In this document: piece after piece, positions 45,679-62,234 of the stretch
Position numbering within the stretch: the stretch's first letter is position 1
Layout of the letters: each line of letters begins with the position of its first letter
DNA from: the human T2T-CHM13v2.0 reference genome, Homo sapiens
Length of the DNA stretch: 64,000 nucleotides
Strand: one strand, 5' to 3'
Assembly: GCF_009914755.1 (NCBI RefSeq)
Contig: NC_060939.1
Notes under the pieces: model-generated
What the model was told of the DNA's origin: nothing
Databases searched by the model: none
Seen by the model: the letters and a program-made list of their open reading frames with translations, nothing else
Translations under genes and position numbers: made by a program

Positions 45679-46305
45679 TTAAATAATGTTGCAATGTTTT
45701 GTGTGAATGAATCCTTCCTCCACCTTGTTCCGATTTTATTCTGGGCACTATTTCTTCCATATACTTACAAACAAAAAGCAGGCTTATATTAGATTTTTTT
45801 TTTTAACCCAGTTTGGTCTTGTGATCTACATCAATCCATCTTGTGACCAATATCAATGCAATAGCCCAAAAAGATATTTTACATGTTTATTTCATGCCTT
45901 AAAACAACCAGAAATATCATTGTCATGGCTAATTTCCAAATTATGAACTAAAAATTGACAAAAAACGAACATACATTGGACTTTCACTATGTGCCACACA
46001 CATATTAATACACTTAACATGTATTATGTTAAGTGCTTAATTATCTCACAACTCTAAAAAGTGAGTACATTAGCACATCCATTCTACAGATGAGAAAAGG
46101 AAGGCTGGAAAAAGACATGATGAATCCAGGGGGAAGAGCAGGGATTTGAATTCAGATCTGCCCTGACGTCAAGTTCTTCTTTGGGGTTTCATGATTTTCC
46201 ATTTTGTACTTTGCACATAGTCATGCAGCTGTAGAGTGAAGAAAATCTGTTGCTTTTCAAAGTTCCTGGCTAGTTCCTGAAGAAATGTTATTACTTTGAG
46301 CACAC

Positions 46306-46661
46306 TGATATGGTTTGGCTGTGTCCCCACCCAAATCTCATCTTGAATTTTAGCTCCCATAATTCCCACTTGTTGTGGGAGGTGATTGAATAATGGGGGG
46401 GGGGGGTCTTTCCTGTGCTGTTCTCGTGATAGTGAATAAGTCTCACGAGATCTGATGGTTTTATACAGGGGAGTTCCCATGCACATGCTCTCTTTTTTTG
46501 CTTGCCACCATGTAAGATCTGACTTTGCTCCTCCTCTACCTTCTCTCATGATTGTGAGGCCTCCCCAGCCATGTGGCACTGACTCCATTAAACCTCCTTC
46601 CTTTATAAATTACCCAGTCTCAGGTATGTCTTTATTAGCAGTGTGAGAACAGGCTAATACA
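46306..46661 (+). mobile_element. THE1C-like MaLR solo LTR
   Basis: tgatatggtttggctgtgtccccacccaaatctcatcttgaa...ctaataca; TSD cacac/cacat. Confidence 0.9.
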
Positions 46662-47134
46662 CACATTAAATAATTATGCTGTTTCCTGCTCATTTGGAGT
46701 GGTATACACATAAGGGCTTTCTCTCTTTTTTTTTCCCCCAAGGCTTTAAAAAGGGGTATGATTTCAACACTCACAGGATTGGAGAGGAAGTTTTATTCGA
46801 AGACGGTAAAACTCTTAAACTCACAGCCTTGGTTCTAAACCTATGGTCTGAATTCTTAGAGTCATTATTCACGTTGTCATTCTGAGTCTATGAATATTAC
46901 TAAAGTTTTACCAGGCCCTGTGCTAGGCTTTGGGAGGCAGAGCGGTGAAAGAGATAGGTAAGGCCTCTGCTTTCCTCTTAATCAAGCCAGGGCCCCTGCT
47001 TGCTCGCCATCAAGAAGAACCATATCTACAATACATAAATCAGTGCAGTAGCTAAGTTTAGATGTTATGATTGCATTACCAAAGGCAATAAGACAGGAGG
47101 TGGCCAGCGCAGGCCTCCATGAACTAAACTGTAT

Positions 47135-47135
47135 C

Positions 47136-47172
<37 letters not shown>

Positions 47173-47190
47173 CGTGTGTGTGTGTACACG
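47135..47190. repeat. (TG)n(CG)n alternating purine-pyrimidine tract
   Basis: Direct reading. Confidence 0.9.
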
Positions 47191-47368
47191 TTTCCTCTTA
47201 AGGGTACTGACAGAAAGATCTTTTTACCTGCGTACCTCTGTTAATAACTAGTTCTAAACTATGTTGGAGAATGGGTATGGATTCTACAACCAGATTAAAT
47301 AGATATGGCCTATCTGACAAAGCAAACCTGAGATTCTATTTTCAAAACAGTACACCTCAATCATAAAA

Positions 47369-48397
47369 TCTCTAATGCCAGCACCACCTGTAGCTCGCTG
47401 AGCCCCAGCTGAAGGAGAAGGGGATAAGTAAGGAGGTTTTTAAGACCGTGGCTGGTACAAAGCCGACTGCCCACAGATCAACCAGTGGCAAAGCCCCCAG
47501 GAAGCAACCGGCTGTGGAAGCTGCTTGCAGTAGTGCGCCCTCTCCTGGAAGGGTGAAGAAAACTCATAATTACAGGCCTGGTTACTGTGACACTCCATGA
47601 TATCAGACCTTATCAGAAGTCCTCCAAACTTCTGATTTGCAAACTTTCCTTCCAGCATCTGATGCACGTAATTGCTCAGGACTTGAAAACATCTGCGCTT
47701 TTAGAGCGCAGCTATTGGTGCTTTGCAGGAGGCAAGTGAGTGAGGGCTATCTGGTTGGCCTTTTTGAAGACACCAACTTGTGCACTATCCATGCCAAATG
47801 TGTAACAATTATGCCAAAAGTCATCCAGCTAGCACATCTCATACGTAGAGAAGGTCCTTAAGAATCCTCTATGATGGGAACATTTCATTCTGAGAAAAAT
47901 TCTCTTCTTCTTGTTATTGGTGGTTCTGAATGTTAGATATTTTTTTTTCCATGGGGTCAAAAGGTAACTAAGTATATGATTGCCAATGAAAAAACAGAGG
48001 ACAGAAACCAGATATTGACACTTTTTTTCTGTGTTCGTTTGTGTGTGAACTGTTAGTATAAATGCCCTGCATTTATGTCCCTACATGAAGCATTAATGCA
48101 AGTCAAACCTTTCAGTGAAGAAGTCTCAGTGGTTAAACTTTATAACAATTAAGAAACCTGTTATTTTTTTTCTGAACAATGCTAGCATTTGGATTTTTTA
48201 AAAAAAAATAAGTAAATGTTTTATTGACAGCAACTAAATGGTGTTTGTAGCATTTTTATCAAATGACAGATACCATCCATTCACTAGACTTTTCTCACTG
48301 AATTGTCCTACATGCAGTACGTGTTTTTTAATGTTGTCTTTCTTCTGTGTTGTTTCTGTAAGTTTGCTATTAAAATACATTAAACTATTTTTAAAAA
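47369..48397 (+). pseudogene. Processed pseudogene of histone H3.3 (H3F3A/H3-3A parent)
   Basis: 5'UTR gaaggagaagggg.taagtaaggagg. The start codon has decayed to GTG (47448). CDS remnant reads ..KAPRKQ..SAPS..VKK.H.YRPG, then H3.3-specific SAAIGALQE and [22 protein letters not shown], to the stop at 47859-47861, with frameshifts. Intronless; H3F3A-type 3'UTR (ccatggggtcaaaaggta, aaaatacattaaacta); two ATTAAA; possible TSD aaaa(c)tctc. Confidence 0.93.
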
Positions 48398-48802
48398 ACT
48401 CTCCATAGGTCGTGGTCAGCAAGCATGTCTTCAGCAATCACATCAGTCTCAGGAGAAATTTTCATGGTCAGGAAGATAAATTTCATCCTAGATAGGGCAG
48501 TGTTGTAATAAAGGCATAGAATAGGATGGAAGCATGGTGATGACCAGGAATAATGAGAACTCTCCTCTACCTGCCTGTCCAACAGATATATTATTTAAGG
48601 ATAATTAGTTCAATGCTTAAATCAATGAAATCTTATTTTAAAATAGAGTTACAAATAATCACTTTTAGTAACTCAGAAGGAAGCACTGGGATGAGGCTAT
48701 GAAAGGCAGAATGTGTTAGTGAACAAAGTCATTGAGTCCGTTAGGTCACAACTGAGACTATGCTTTCAAAAGCATCCCCTAGCCTAATTACCCAATTGTT
48801 TT

Positions 48803-49242
<440 letters not shown>

Positions 49243-49434
49243 TAGGAAGATGAATCTCTATAAACTTTCCTTCAAACAATCACCAACTCCAGTTTCCTGA
49301 TTTTAACTCAATTGTCAAGTCATTGTTAGATTCAAAAATAGTAAACAAGAAAGCAAAGAATAAATCAGAACCTGAGGATAAAGGGCAGAAGGTTCATTGA
49401 AGAAGGTAAAAGTTTGGTCCACAAAAACAATTTT

Positions 49435-52255
49435 AGAATAAATGAATCCAGTAATGTCGCAGGATACAAAACCAACACTCAAAACTCAGTGTGTTTCTCT
49501 ACACTAACAACAGAAAACCCCAGAAGGAAATAAAATCAACAATCCCTTTTACAATACCATCAAAAAGGATAATGTAGAATAATGAAGGTGCTTACCACTA
49601 TGAACTTCCCTCTTAGGTCTACTTTTGCTGCATCCCCTAAGTTGTGTTTCCATTTTCAATTGTCTCAAGATATTTTTTAATTTTCCTTTTGATTTCTTCT
49701 TTGACCCTTTGGTTGCTCAGAAGTATGTTGTTTAATTTCTACCTATTTGTGTGTTTTCCCATTTTCTTCCTGTGATTGGTTTATAGTTTTATATCACTGT
49801 GATTGGAAAAGATAACCTGGTATGATTTCAACCTTCTTGAATTTGTTAAAACTTATTTTGTGTCCTAACATATGGTCTATCCTGGAGAATGTTCCATGTG
49901 TACTTGAAAAGAATAGTATCCTGCTGCTGAAGGATGGAGTGTTCTATTGTAAAGCATGGCCACTATAGTTAATAATAATGTATTATTAAGTTGGTGCAAA
50001 AGTCATTGTGTTTTTTGCCAATGCACCACTGCACTCCAGCCCGGCAACAGAGCGAGACTCCATCAAAAAAAAAAAAAAAGTATTTGCAAAAACCACAATT
50101 ACTTTTGCATCAACCTAATAAATACTTGAATTGCTAAGAGTTTAAATCTTACCTGTTCTTACCACAAAAATATATATGCCTGTGAGATTATAGTTAATTA
50201 GTATGATTTAATCATTTAATAATGTACAAATATACCATAACATCACAGTGCACACCACAAGTACACAAATTTTTCTTTGTCAGTTATAACTTAATAAACC
50301 GGGGAACATTTTTTAAGAGCTGAAAGTATTATAAATATGTAAAAAAAGAAGAATAAAATACTTAGGAATAAGGTTTTGTTTTTCATTTTTTTAATTTATT
50401 TCATTTTATTTTTTAGTGATACATAACAGATGTACATATTTTGGGGGCACCTGTGATAATTTGATACATTCATATAATCCTAGGGTAATTAGGATATCCA
50501 TCACCATAAATATTTATCTTTTCTTTATGCTAGAAATATTGGAATTAACAGATAAACATAAGGAGGCAAAAATCTTGTACACTGAAAATTATAAAACGTT
50601 ATTGAAAAAATCAAAGAAGATAAAAATAAATGGAAAGACATCCTATGCTCATGATTGGAAAAACTTAATTCTATAACGATATTCATAGTACCCAAAAAAT
50701 CTATAGATTCATTGCAATCCCTATCAAAATCTCAATGGCAATTTTTGTAGAAATAGACAAAACCCATCCTGAAATTGATAGGGAATCTCAGAAGACTCTG
50801 AATAGTCAAAACAATCTTTAAAAAGAAGACCAAAGTTGGAGTTCTCATACTTCCTGAATTCAAAACATAATACAAATCTACAGTAATCAAAACAGCATGG
50901 TAATAGCATAAAGAGAAACATATAGACCAATAAAACAGAATAGGCAGCCCAGAAATAAACTCTTGCTTACATGGTAAAATTATTTTCAACAAGGGAGTCA
51001 CAGTCACACAATAGGGAAAGGAGAGCTTCCTGAATAAATGGTATTGGGAAAACTAGATATCCACATTCAAAAGAATGAAATTGGATTCTTACCTTAAACA
51101 ATATACTAAAGCTAACTCAAAGTGAATCAAAGGCCTAAATGTAAGATTTAAAACTTTAAAACTCCGCAAAGAAAACATAGGGGAAAGGCTGCATGACATT
51201 GGAATTGGCATTCATTTCTTGAATACGACACCAAAAGTACAGGAAACAAAAACAAAACAGACAAATGAGACTATATAAAAGCTACAGATGAGACTATATA
51301 AAAGCTACAAACTATTTGGCATCGAAAAAGTCAACAGTGAAAAGGCAACCTACGGAATGGGAGAAAATATCTGCAAATCATCTATCTCATAAGTTCGTAT
51401 CCAGAATATAGGTAGACTTCTTAGAACTCAACAATTAAAAACAAATAACCCAGTTCAAAAATGGGCAAAGAACTCAGCTAGACACTTCTCCAGTTGGCCA
51501 ATAAATACATGAAAAGATGTTTAATATCACTAAACAACAGAGAAATGCAAATCAAAACCACAGTGAGATACCATCTCACACCCATTAGGATGACTATGAT
51601 TTAAAAAACAAAAACAAAAGCAGAAAACAAGTACTGGCAAGGATGCAAAGAAATTGGAGACCTTGGACACTCCTTAGTGGGAGTGTAAAATGATGCACCT
51701 ACTGCAGAAAACAGTATGAAGTGTCCTCAAAAACATAAGAATAGAATTACCATATGATCCAGTAATGCCATTTCTGAATATATGTCTGAAAAATTAAGAG
51801 CAGGAACTTCAAGAGATCTTTGCACACCTACGTTCATAGCAGCACCATTCACAACAGTCAACATTTGGAAGCAACCAAAATGTTCATGGATGGATAAAGA
51901 AAGAAAATGCGTTCTTTACATACAATGGAATATAATTCAGCCTTAAAAAGGAAGAGAAACTTGTCACATGTTACAACATGGTTGACCCTTGAGGACATTA
52001 CGCTAAGTGAAATAAACCAGTCACAAAAAGACAAATAATGTGTGATTCTACTTATATGAGGTATATGAAAAGCCAAACTCATAGAAAGTAAAATTGTGGT
52101 TGCTAGGGGGCAGAAAGCAGGGAGGTTTTGTTCAATGAGTCTAAAGTTTCAGTGCACAATTAAAATTTCTGGACAACTATTGCACAGCTATGCGAATACA
52201 GTTAACACTACCAAATTGCACAATTTAAAATTGTTAAGATGATAAATTATGTTAG
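49435..52255 (+). mobile_element. L1MA/MB-type ORF2 3' part and 3'UTR, with nested L1 fragments (49590-49945 minus, 49946-50345 plus, 50375-50545 minus)
   Basis: L1 ORF2 motifs, e.g. gcaggatacaaaaccaac, tcaaaacagcatgg, gaaatgcaaatcaaaaccacagtgagatacc. Confidence 0.75.
49986..50118. mobile_element. MADE1 MITE interrupted by an Alu 3' stub (~50022-50079)
   Basis: TA-ttaagttggtgcaaaagtcattgtgttttttgcca ... gcaaaaaccacaattacttttgcatcaacctaa-TA. Confidence 0.9.
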
Positions 52256-52431
52256 ATAGAGTGCTTTAAGAGAGAGAAGAGCAGTCGTTCTTGGGGTATA
52301 GCTACAGTTAGTCAAAGTCATTGTATTTGGCGCATTAGGTGTTACAGTTTAGTGAAAAAGGAAGTTTGTGAATAAGGAAGAAGAAACCCAGAGAGGGATG
52401 TAAACAGGAAAGAGGAATAAGATGGAGGCGT

Positions 52432-52703
52432 GGCCGGGCGCGGTGGCTCACGCCTGTAATCCCAGCACTTTGGGAGGTCGAGGCGGGTGGATGATGAGGC
52501 CCAGAGATGGAGACCATCCTGACTAACACGGTGAAACCCCGTCTCTACTAAAAATACAAAAAATTAGCCAGGCGTGGTGGCAGGAGAATGGCATGAACCC
52601 AGGGGGCAGAGCTTGCAGTGAGCCGAGATCACGCCACTGCGCTCCAGCCTGGGAGACAGAGCGAGACTCCGTCTCCAAAAAAAAAAAAAAAAAAAAAAAA
52701 AAA
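52432..52703 (+). mobile_element. AluY-like with an internal deletion in the right arm
   Basis: TSD aagatggaggcgt. ggcgtggtggcaggagaatgg lacks the usual cctgtagtcccagctact...gag segment. Confidence 0.95.
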
Positions 52704-53922
52704 GATGGAGGCGTAAGAGAATAAAGAGCTGGTGGGCCAGGAGAATGCCCTGTAGCAGAGGGCAGAAAAAAGTGCTGGTAGTGGGTGTTGGTTAGTGGTG
52801 TTCTGTACTGCAGATATTTACGGGAAAAACGATACCCAAAGTGGGAACATTTCAGAAAAGGCAGAATTAGCCTTGGAAAATTAGGAGGGAAAAATGAGAG
52901 AATGAACATAGAAATAGAGTTTATTAATCAGAATGTAATACTGCAAACCACAGCAAAAGAATTTGGTTAACTCAAGCAAAAAGGAATGTATTTGGAGGGT
53001 CTTGGGTTAACTCTCAAAATTCACAGAAGACCAGATAATCAGAGCTAAACCAACAAAGACTGGGATCCAAAAACACAGGCAAGTTCAAACCACAGGATGA
53101 ACTGAGGTTAAGTCATGGGCACTGGTACTATTGCCACTGGACACTAAAGCTGATAACACTGGTGTCTTTAGGCTACTGCTGGTGACAACTTTAAGCTGTG
53201 AATCTGTCAACCGCTCCCCAAGATTCAAAAGCTTGGCTGTGCATGTCTTACCAGCCAAACCTTCATCACCTTCCCACTCCTCCACACCATGACTTTCAAG
53301 AGTACCTGCTCTCCTGCTTTGGGAGACACCCAAGTCACAGTGTCCCACCAGGACACACAATGCAGGAATTCCTTCAAAAAGTAAGGCTCTTATGATCATG
53401 AGTTGCTAGAATAAAACATGCATACCCACCACACCATACCCCACCATTGTCTAGACATAAACAAAACATAACACACAATAAAAAGCTCCTACCAAAGATA
53501 AACAAGCTTACCCTTATTCTACTGAACATATTCCACTTCCAAAAGGAAGCCACTATACTCTCTCCACTTTCTTCAAGTTTCAACCCTAAGACCTCTGACT
53601 AACATCTATTTCTTTTTTCAGTTTTGTGGCAATTCTATTTCAAACCACAAAATAATTACAAAGTTAGATGATACCAATGCATATGCAATCTTTGTGGAAA
53701 GCCACACAAATAGGGAAGTTAGTTAAAATATTTACATGCCACAAAAAGGAAGGAAATTCTGAGTAATGGCTTTAGTCATCTTCTTTGCACAGGTCCCATG
53801 CCTGTGCATGATACTGATGGCTTAATGACTCTATGGCTCACTCCATGGCTACTTTGCCTCCTGCCAGCACTTCAGCAGTTGGAGTGCTTAATCAGTGGGG
53901 TGACCCAAAATGTCATACATGA

Positions 53923-54254
<332 letters not shown>

Positions 54255-54751
54255 AGTCCTGTATGTGTATAGTTGCAATATCCTTTCAACTGTCTTTTAC
54301 TAACTTTATGTTTAAAAAATATTTCAGTTATATATTGGACAAAAGCAGAAATGAGATTACCTGATGATAAATCAACCCTCTTGTACAATTACACAATGAT
54401 GCTCTTCATTACATTGCAAGATTTTAATTCTCTTCAGCCAGTCTATTTTTAATTTTTTCACGGGGGCTTATGTTATATAAGATTATAAAAAGATGGCTAT
54501 TTCCCTACCAGGCAATTCAAGTCCCTACCAAATCCTATACAAGTGGCTCCAAACATCTTATCAAAATAAATCTTTTTAAACAAATGACAGTTTAAAAACA
54601 AATCAAAATACCTCAGTAGCTTTTAACCAAACACTAACTTTATTTGTGTAAATAATGAGTAATATTTGCCTCTTTCTGATTAAATCATTTCCTATTCAAA
54701 CTGGAGCATGAACTATTTCACACTTGAAATTCTTAACCCATATGCAACTCT

Positions 54752-55018
54752 CAAGGGCTGAATTGTGTCCCCTGCCAACTCCTATGTTGAAGCCCCAACA
54801 GCCAGTCTCTCAGAATGTGACTGTATTTGGAGACAGGTCCTCCAACGTGGTAATTAAATTAAAATGAGGCCTTTGGGGTAGGTCCTACTTCAATCTGACT
54901 GATGCCCTTAAAAGAAATTTGGACACACAAAAAGGCACCAGGATGCAGGCATGCAGAGAAGACAGACCATGTGAGAACACAGCAAGAAGGCGGCCATCTC
55001 TAAGCCAGAGAAAGCCCT
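54752..55018 (+). mobile_element. MLT1B-like MaLR LTR (partial)
   Basis: gggctgaattgtgtccc...cagaatgtgactgtatttggagacagg...accatgtgagaacacagcaagaaggcggccatc. Confidence 0.75.
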
Positions 55019-55112
55019 ATTAGATAGTTAAATTTGAAAGTTTATTTACTGATGAGCTTGATTAGTGTTAGAAGCCAACTGCCCCCAAAGCAGACTTTAA
55101 GATGGGGGGTGT

Positions 55113-55564
<452 letters not shown>

Positions 55565-56568
55565 TCACCACTGTGCTGTCCCTTGGTAAGGGTTACAGGA
55601 TTATAAAACTTCCAAACCCATCGTTGGTTTAGGAGAAAGTAAATTCTCAGACTCTGCCATGAACAGTCCTCTACAATAAGAAGAGCATACGCTGGCTCTT
55701 AAGACCAAAAGTTCCTCAAAGTTCTGGGGCCCTAAAAATAGAATAAGGGGAATCCATGGGGATCTGGTTGGAGTACCAGTATTAAACACCGTGGTAAATG
55801 TTGGATTGTTCTGTTACTTCAACTTACCTGTTAGGTTCTGTGCCATATGCTAGAAAGCCACCATAACTTCTGGAGACTATGTAGCTTTGAGAACTTCAGC
55901 ATCACCAAGTTGTCATTAAGCTCAGACACTCCTGTCATTTCTACCATGCCCCCTCCTATTTCAGGAATTCCTTCAGAAAAATGACCAGGCATTCCCCAGG
56001 AAAGCCACCTAGATAAAGTTAACTGAGCTCTGGAAAGTCATCTGTTTTCTTGCTCCCATTGGGCCCTTTCACTTTGTTTTCAAGCCTTCTTCACCCTTTC
56101 TCCCCTTCCTTTGATCTCTTTCCCTCATCATATTTTTCACCTATACTCTGATGTTCTGCATTTCTCTGGGATCTTTGTTGAATTTCTTTCAGCAGTTTTT
56201 CTGGCATCTTTATCATAATCCAGTTTATAATCAAGAACAATATCATGGACTTTTCCCCAGTGACTCAGGAGGATACCTCCTTTTTCCCGCCCTTTCAGGT
56301 TGGACTGAATTAGGATTTATTTCCATGACTCTATCACAGTCTTGGATGGAAACATTTAGCAATCTGAAGAAGCCACTTGCTCTCTTGGCATACAGAGTGT
56401 AATAGATAATCTTTCATGATACGGTTGGTGGGAGTAGGCATGCAACAAATGCGAGTCATGTGTTGATGTAATTTATTTGTGCCTTTAGGGCTTGTGCAGG
56501 CCTCATATCTATACACCACTTCCTCATGACGTTTTGCTACATGGATTAGACATGCAGTTCATAATGGG

Positions 56569-57346
56569 TCCTATGATTGGAATATATTCCCCAAAGTTTA
56601 TGTTTTAGAAACATGATCCCAGTGCAGAAGTGTTGGAAGGGGGGCCGTTTAACAGGTAATTAGATCATGAGGGCTCTGATCCCCTGAATGGATTAACGCT
56701 GGTATCCAGGAAGTGGGATTTTTATGAAAGGACATGTTTGAAGTTCTTTCTTTCTCTCTCTCTCTCTCTCTTTACCTCTGCTATGGTTTAGTTCTATGTC
56801 CCCATCCAAATCTCATCTCTAATTGTAATCCTCACATGTCAGAATAGGAACCTGTAATCGCCGGGTGACGAGGGAGGGAGGTGATTAGATAATCGGGGCA
56901 GTTTCCCCCATGCTGTTCTCGTGATAGTGAGTGAGTTCTCAGGAGATCTGGTGGTTTTATAAGTGTTTGACAGTTTCTCCTTCACACATTCTCTCTTGCC
57001 TGCCACCGTGTAAAACGTGCCTACTCCCTTTTCTGCCATAATTGCAAGTTTCCTGAGGCCTCCCCAGTCATGAAGAACTGTGAGTCAATTAAACCTCTTT
57101 CCTCTATAATTTACCCAGTCTTAGGTAGTTCTTTATAAAAGTGTGAAAACTAACACAATCTCCCTGTCTTTGTTTGCGTCTCTGTCATTTGATGTTTTTT
57201 GCCATGTTATGACATAACAAGAAGTCCCTCACTTCCATCAGTTTTGAACTTTCCAGTCACCAGGATTGTGAGAAATACATTTCTATGCTTTATAAATTAT
57301 GCAGTCCCAGCTACTCTGTTATAGCAGCACACAATGGACTAAGACA
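56569..57346 (+). mobile_element. MSTC/MSTD-type LTR containing a THE1D
   Basis: Ends gttatagcagcacacaatggactaagaca; TSD atggg/atagg. Confidence 0.75.
56779..57157 (+). mobile_element. THE1D-like solo LTR
   Basis: tgctatggtt...ccaaatctcatct...aactaacaca; TSD acctc/atctc. Confidence 0.85.
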
Positions 57347-57648
57347 ATAGGTAACTCGGATCCTATGATCATCCAATTTTCCATCACCAGGAGTTTTTAT
57401 CAAGGCAGATAATTAAACCATAAACTCTTTTCTACAAAGAGGAATAAGTTCTTACTGAAGAAGGCATAACTTTTCTTAAAACCCCAGTAGTCTGAGATTC
57501 TCCTATTGGGGTTTATCATAGTTTTATGCATACAGTATCTTGCTCTACCCCCAAAACTTAAAGTAGCACTCATTGGATATGCCTGAACTGAAACCTGGAC
57601 CATCTAGGGATCCTTCTTTTGTTCTGGGCCTCATTCAAATTAGGAAGT

Positions 57649-58043
57649 TGTATTTATGTCCCAGGCTGCCATAATAAATCACCAAAAACTCAATAGCTTA
57701 AAACAACAGTAATTTATTTTCTCAGAGTCCTGGAGGCCAAATGTTTCTCAAGGCATTAGCAGGGTTGACTCCTAGTGAAGGCTCCAAGAGAGAATTCGCT
57801 TCATGCATTTCTCCAAGCTTCTGGCTGTTGGCAATCCTTAGCCTCCCTTGGCTTATACTGGCAGCACTTCAGTCTCAGCCTCCATTTTCACATTGCCTTC
57901 CCCTCTCAGTCCTGTTTTCTTATAAGGACAACTATCACTGGATTCAGAGACCACTTTAAATCCAGGATGAGCTCATCTCAAGATACTGAATTTTACCTAC
58001 AAAGATTCTTTTCCTATATCAGATCATGTTCAGAGGTTCTGGG
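57649..58043 (-). mobile_element. MLT1C-like MaLR LTR
   Basis: ggctgccataataaatcacca...gcttaaaacaacag..atttatt.tctcagagtcctggaggcca...cttataaggaca. Confidence 0.75.
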
Positions 58044-58059
58044 CTTTAAGCCAATATAC

Positions 58060-59790
<1,731 letters not shown>

Positions 59791-60938
59791 TTACTAAAAT
59801 TCTGGACATCATCATGTAAAACAAACAGTAAGACTCTGAAACCTAAAGAGAAGAAGAAAGACTGACTAGGGATCTCAGGACCTAAGGAATGACACAAGGG
59901 TGAGTTCCTTGGATTTTCTCTTTGCCTCATATTTCTTAAGATTGGAGCAGAAGGATCTGGACTTCAATGGGCACAGACCAAAAAAAAAAAAAAAAGAGTT
60001 CCAACAAATAGCTTGGTCTTCTTAGCCAAAGGACTAGAAAAAGGAAAACCTAGTAAGACAGAAAACGTGTAGACAATAACTACTCTGGCAGAATGCCACA
60101 GAAAGAACCATAGCCCTATCCTACCCCCTATAACAGCCGAGACCAGATGGGGACCCTAGACTTTACCCTTGCCAGGCTGTAAGGAGATATCTCACTTCTG
60201 TACCACAGGGTGATGTTACAGAAGATAGAATAGAAAACTGAGAATTAATTTCATCCCTGCAGGTGGTAATAAGATGTCCCCTCTTTCTGCAGTAAAAGTG
60301 GAGACCACACAGGGAACCTGGTTTTCACCCTGCCAGCAGAGGTGATATCAGAGAAGACTTACAATCGGGACTTTCATCATCGCTCAGTGTTAAGGAGGCC
60401 ACTCCCTGCCCTGTGGCATCAGTGAAGGTTATCTGACGAGCAGTGTTGAGGCATTCCTACCTCTCTTAGCCGGGGATGTAACAGTGAAGGCCTAGTGTGG
60501 AGCCGGAATTCCCACCTCTGCCCATCAGTGATAAAGACATTCTCTGCTAGGGTAACAACCTAGGCCTAGTAGGGAACTGGACTTTTACCGCTTACTAGAG
60601 TCCCCTGTTTCTCACCAGAGTGGTGTTAGAGGAAGCCAGCCAAAACAGAAGCTTAAATGGCATCCAGAGTCTCAAAACATATATAACCTAAATGTCCAGG
60701 TTCAACCGAAAATCAGTTATCTCACCTAGAACCAGGAAGATCTCAAACAGAATGATAAAGGACGATCAATAGATGTCAACACAGAGGTGATAGAAAAATC
60801 AGAATTATCTGATGAAGAATCTAAAGCAGCCATCACACAATTGCTTCAATGAACAATTATGAAGACAGTTGAATAGATACAAGATTAGAAAATCTCAGCA
60901 AAAAATGGAAGATACAAATAAGAACCAAATGAAGACTG

Positions 60939-61246
<308 letters not shown>

Positions 61247-61249
61247 TTA

Positions 61250-61550
<301 letters not shown>

Positions 61551-62234
61551 TTGAGGTGAAAAATACAATAGCAAAAACAAAACAAACAAACAAAAAGCAA
61601 AAACAAAAACACCAAAACCAAAAACACCCCACAAAACAAATTTAAAAAGCACCTCCATTGGTAGGTTTAACAGAATTCTATCTACACCAGTGAAAATAAC
61701 CTCTAGGAATGGAGGGGAAATAAAAATTCTCAGAATAAGGAAAACTAAGAGAAGTAGTCACCAGCTGACCTATCCTAAAAGAATGGCAAGGGCTGTCCTC
61801 CAAATATAAGGAAATAATGAAAAAAGAAACCTTGGAATATCAGGAAAAGAAAGGATAGAGTAAGCAAAAAATATGGGTAAATACAATAGCCTTTCCTTCT
61901 CTTGATTTTTAATCAGAGTTGAAGCAAAAATTATAACACACTCTGATGTGGCTCTAAATGTATGGAGAACATGTTTAAGAAAATTGTATTATGAGCAGGA
62001 GAAAGTAAAGGGACATACAGAGAGAGAAGTTTTCTATACCTCATTTGAACTGGTAAAATGATGACATCTGTAGACTGTAATAAGATATACATCGTATACC
62101 TACATACGTTTGACATATATATAATGTATATGTGTACATATATATGCAAATATACGTGTATGTTTTATATATGATGTAATACCTAGAATTACCACTCAAA
62201 GAACTACATAGAGATATACTCAGAAACACTATAG

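Larger units (their letters stand above)
56400..57645 (-). mobile_element. ERVL internal pol fragment (RT/tether region) split by nested MaLR LTRs
   Basis: ORF 56334..56519 (YRYEACTSPKGTNKLHQH) resembles ERVL YIRDRARAGPEGTSKLHEE. The reverse of 57600-57640 reads tttgaatgaggcccagaacaaaagaagg (FEWGPEQEK-like). Confidence 0.6.

Noticed and set aside
47448-47861. Functional novel histone H3 variant
   Set aside because: ATG lost, frameshift after codon 44 and further indels, many substitutions at invariant residues.
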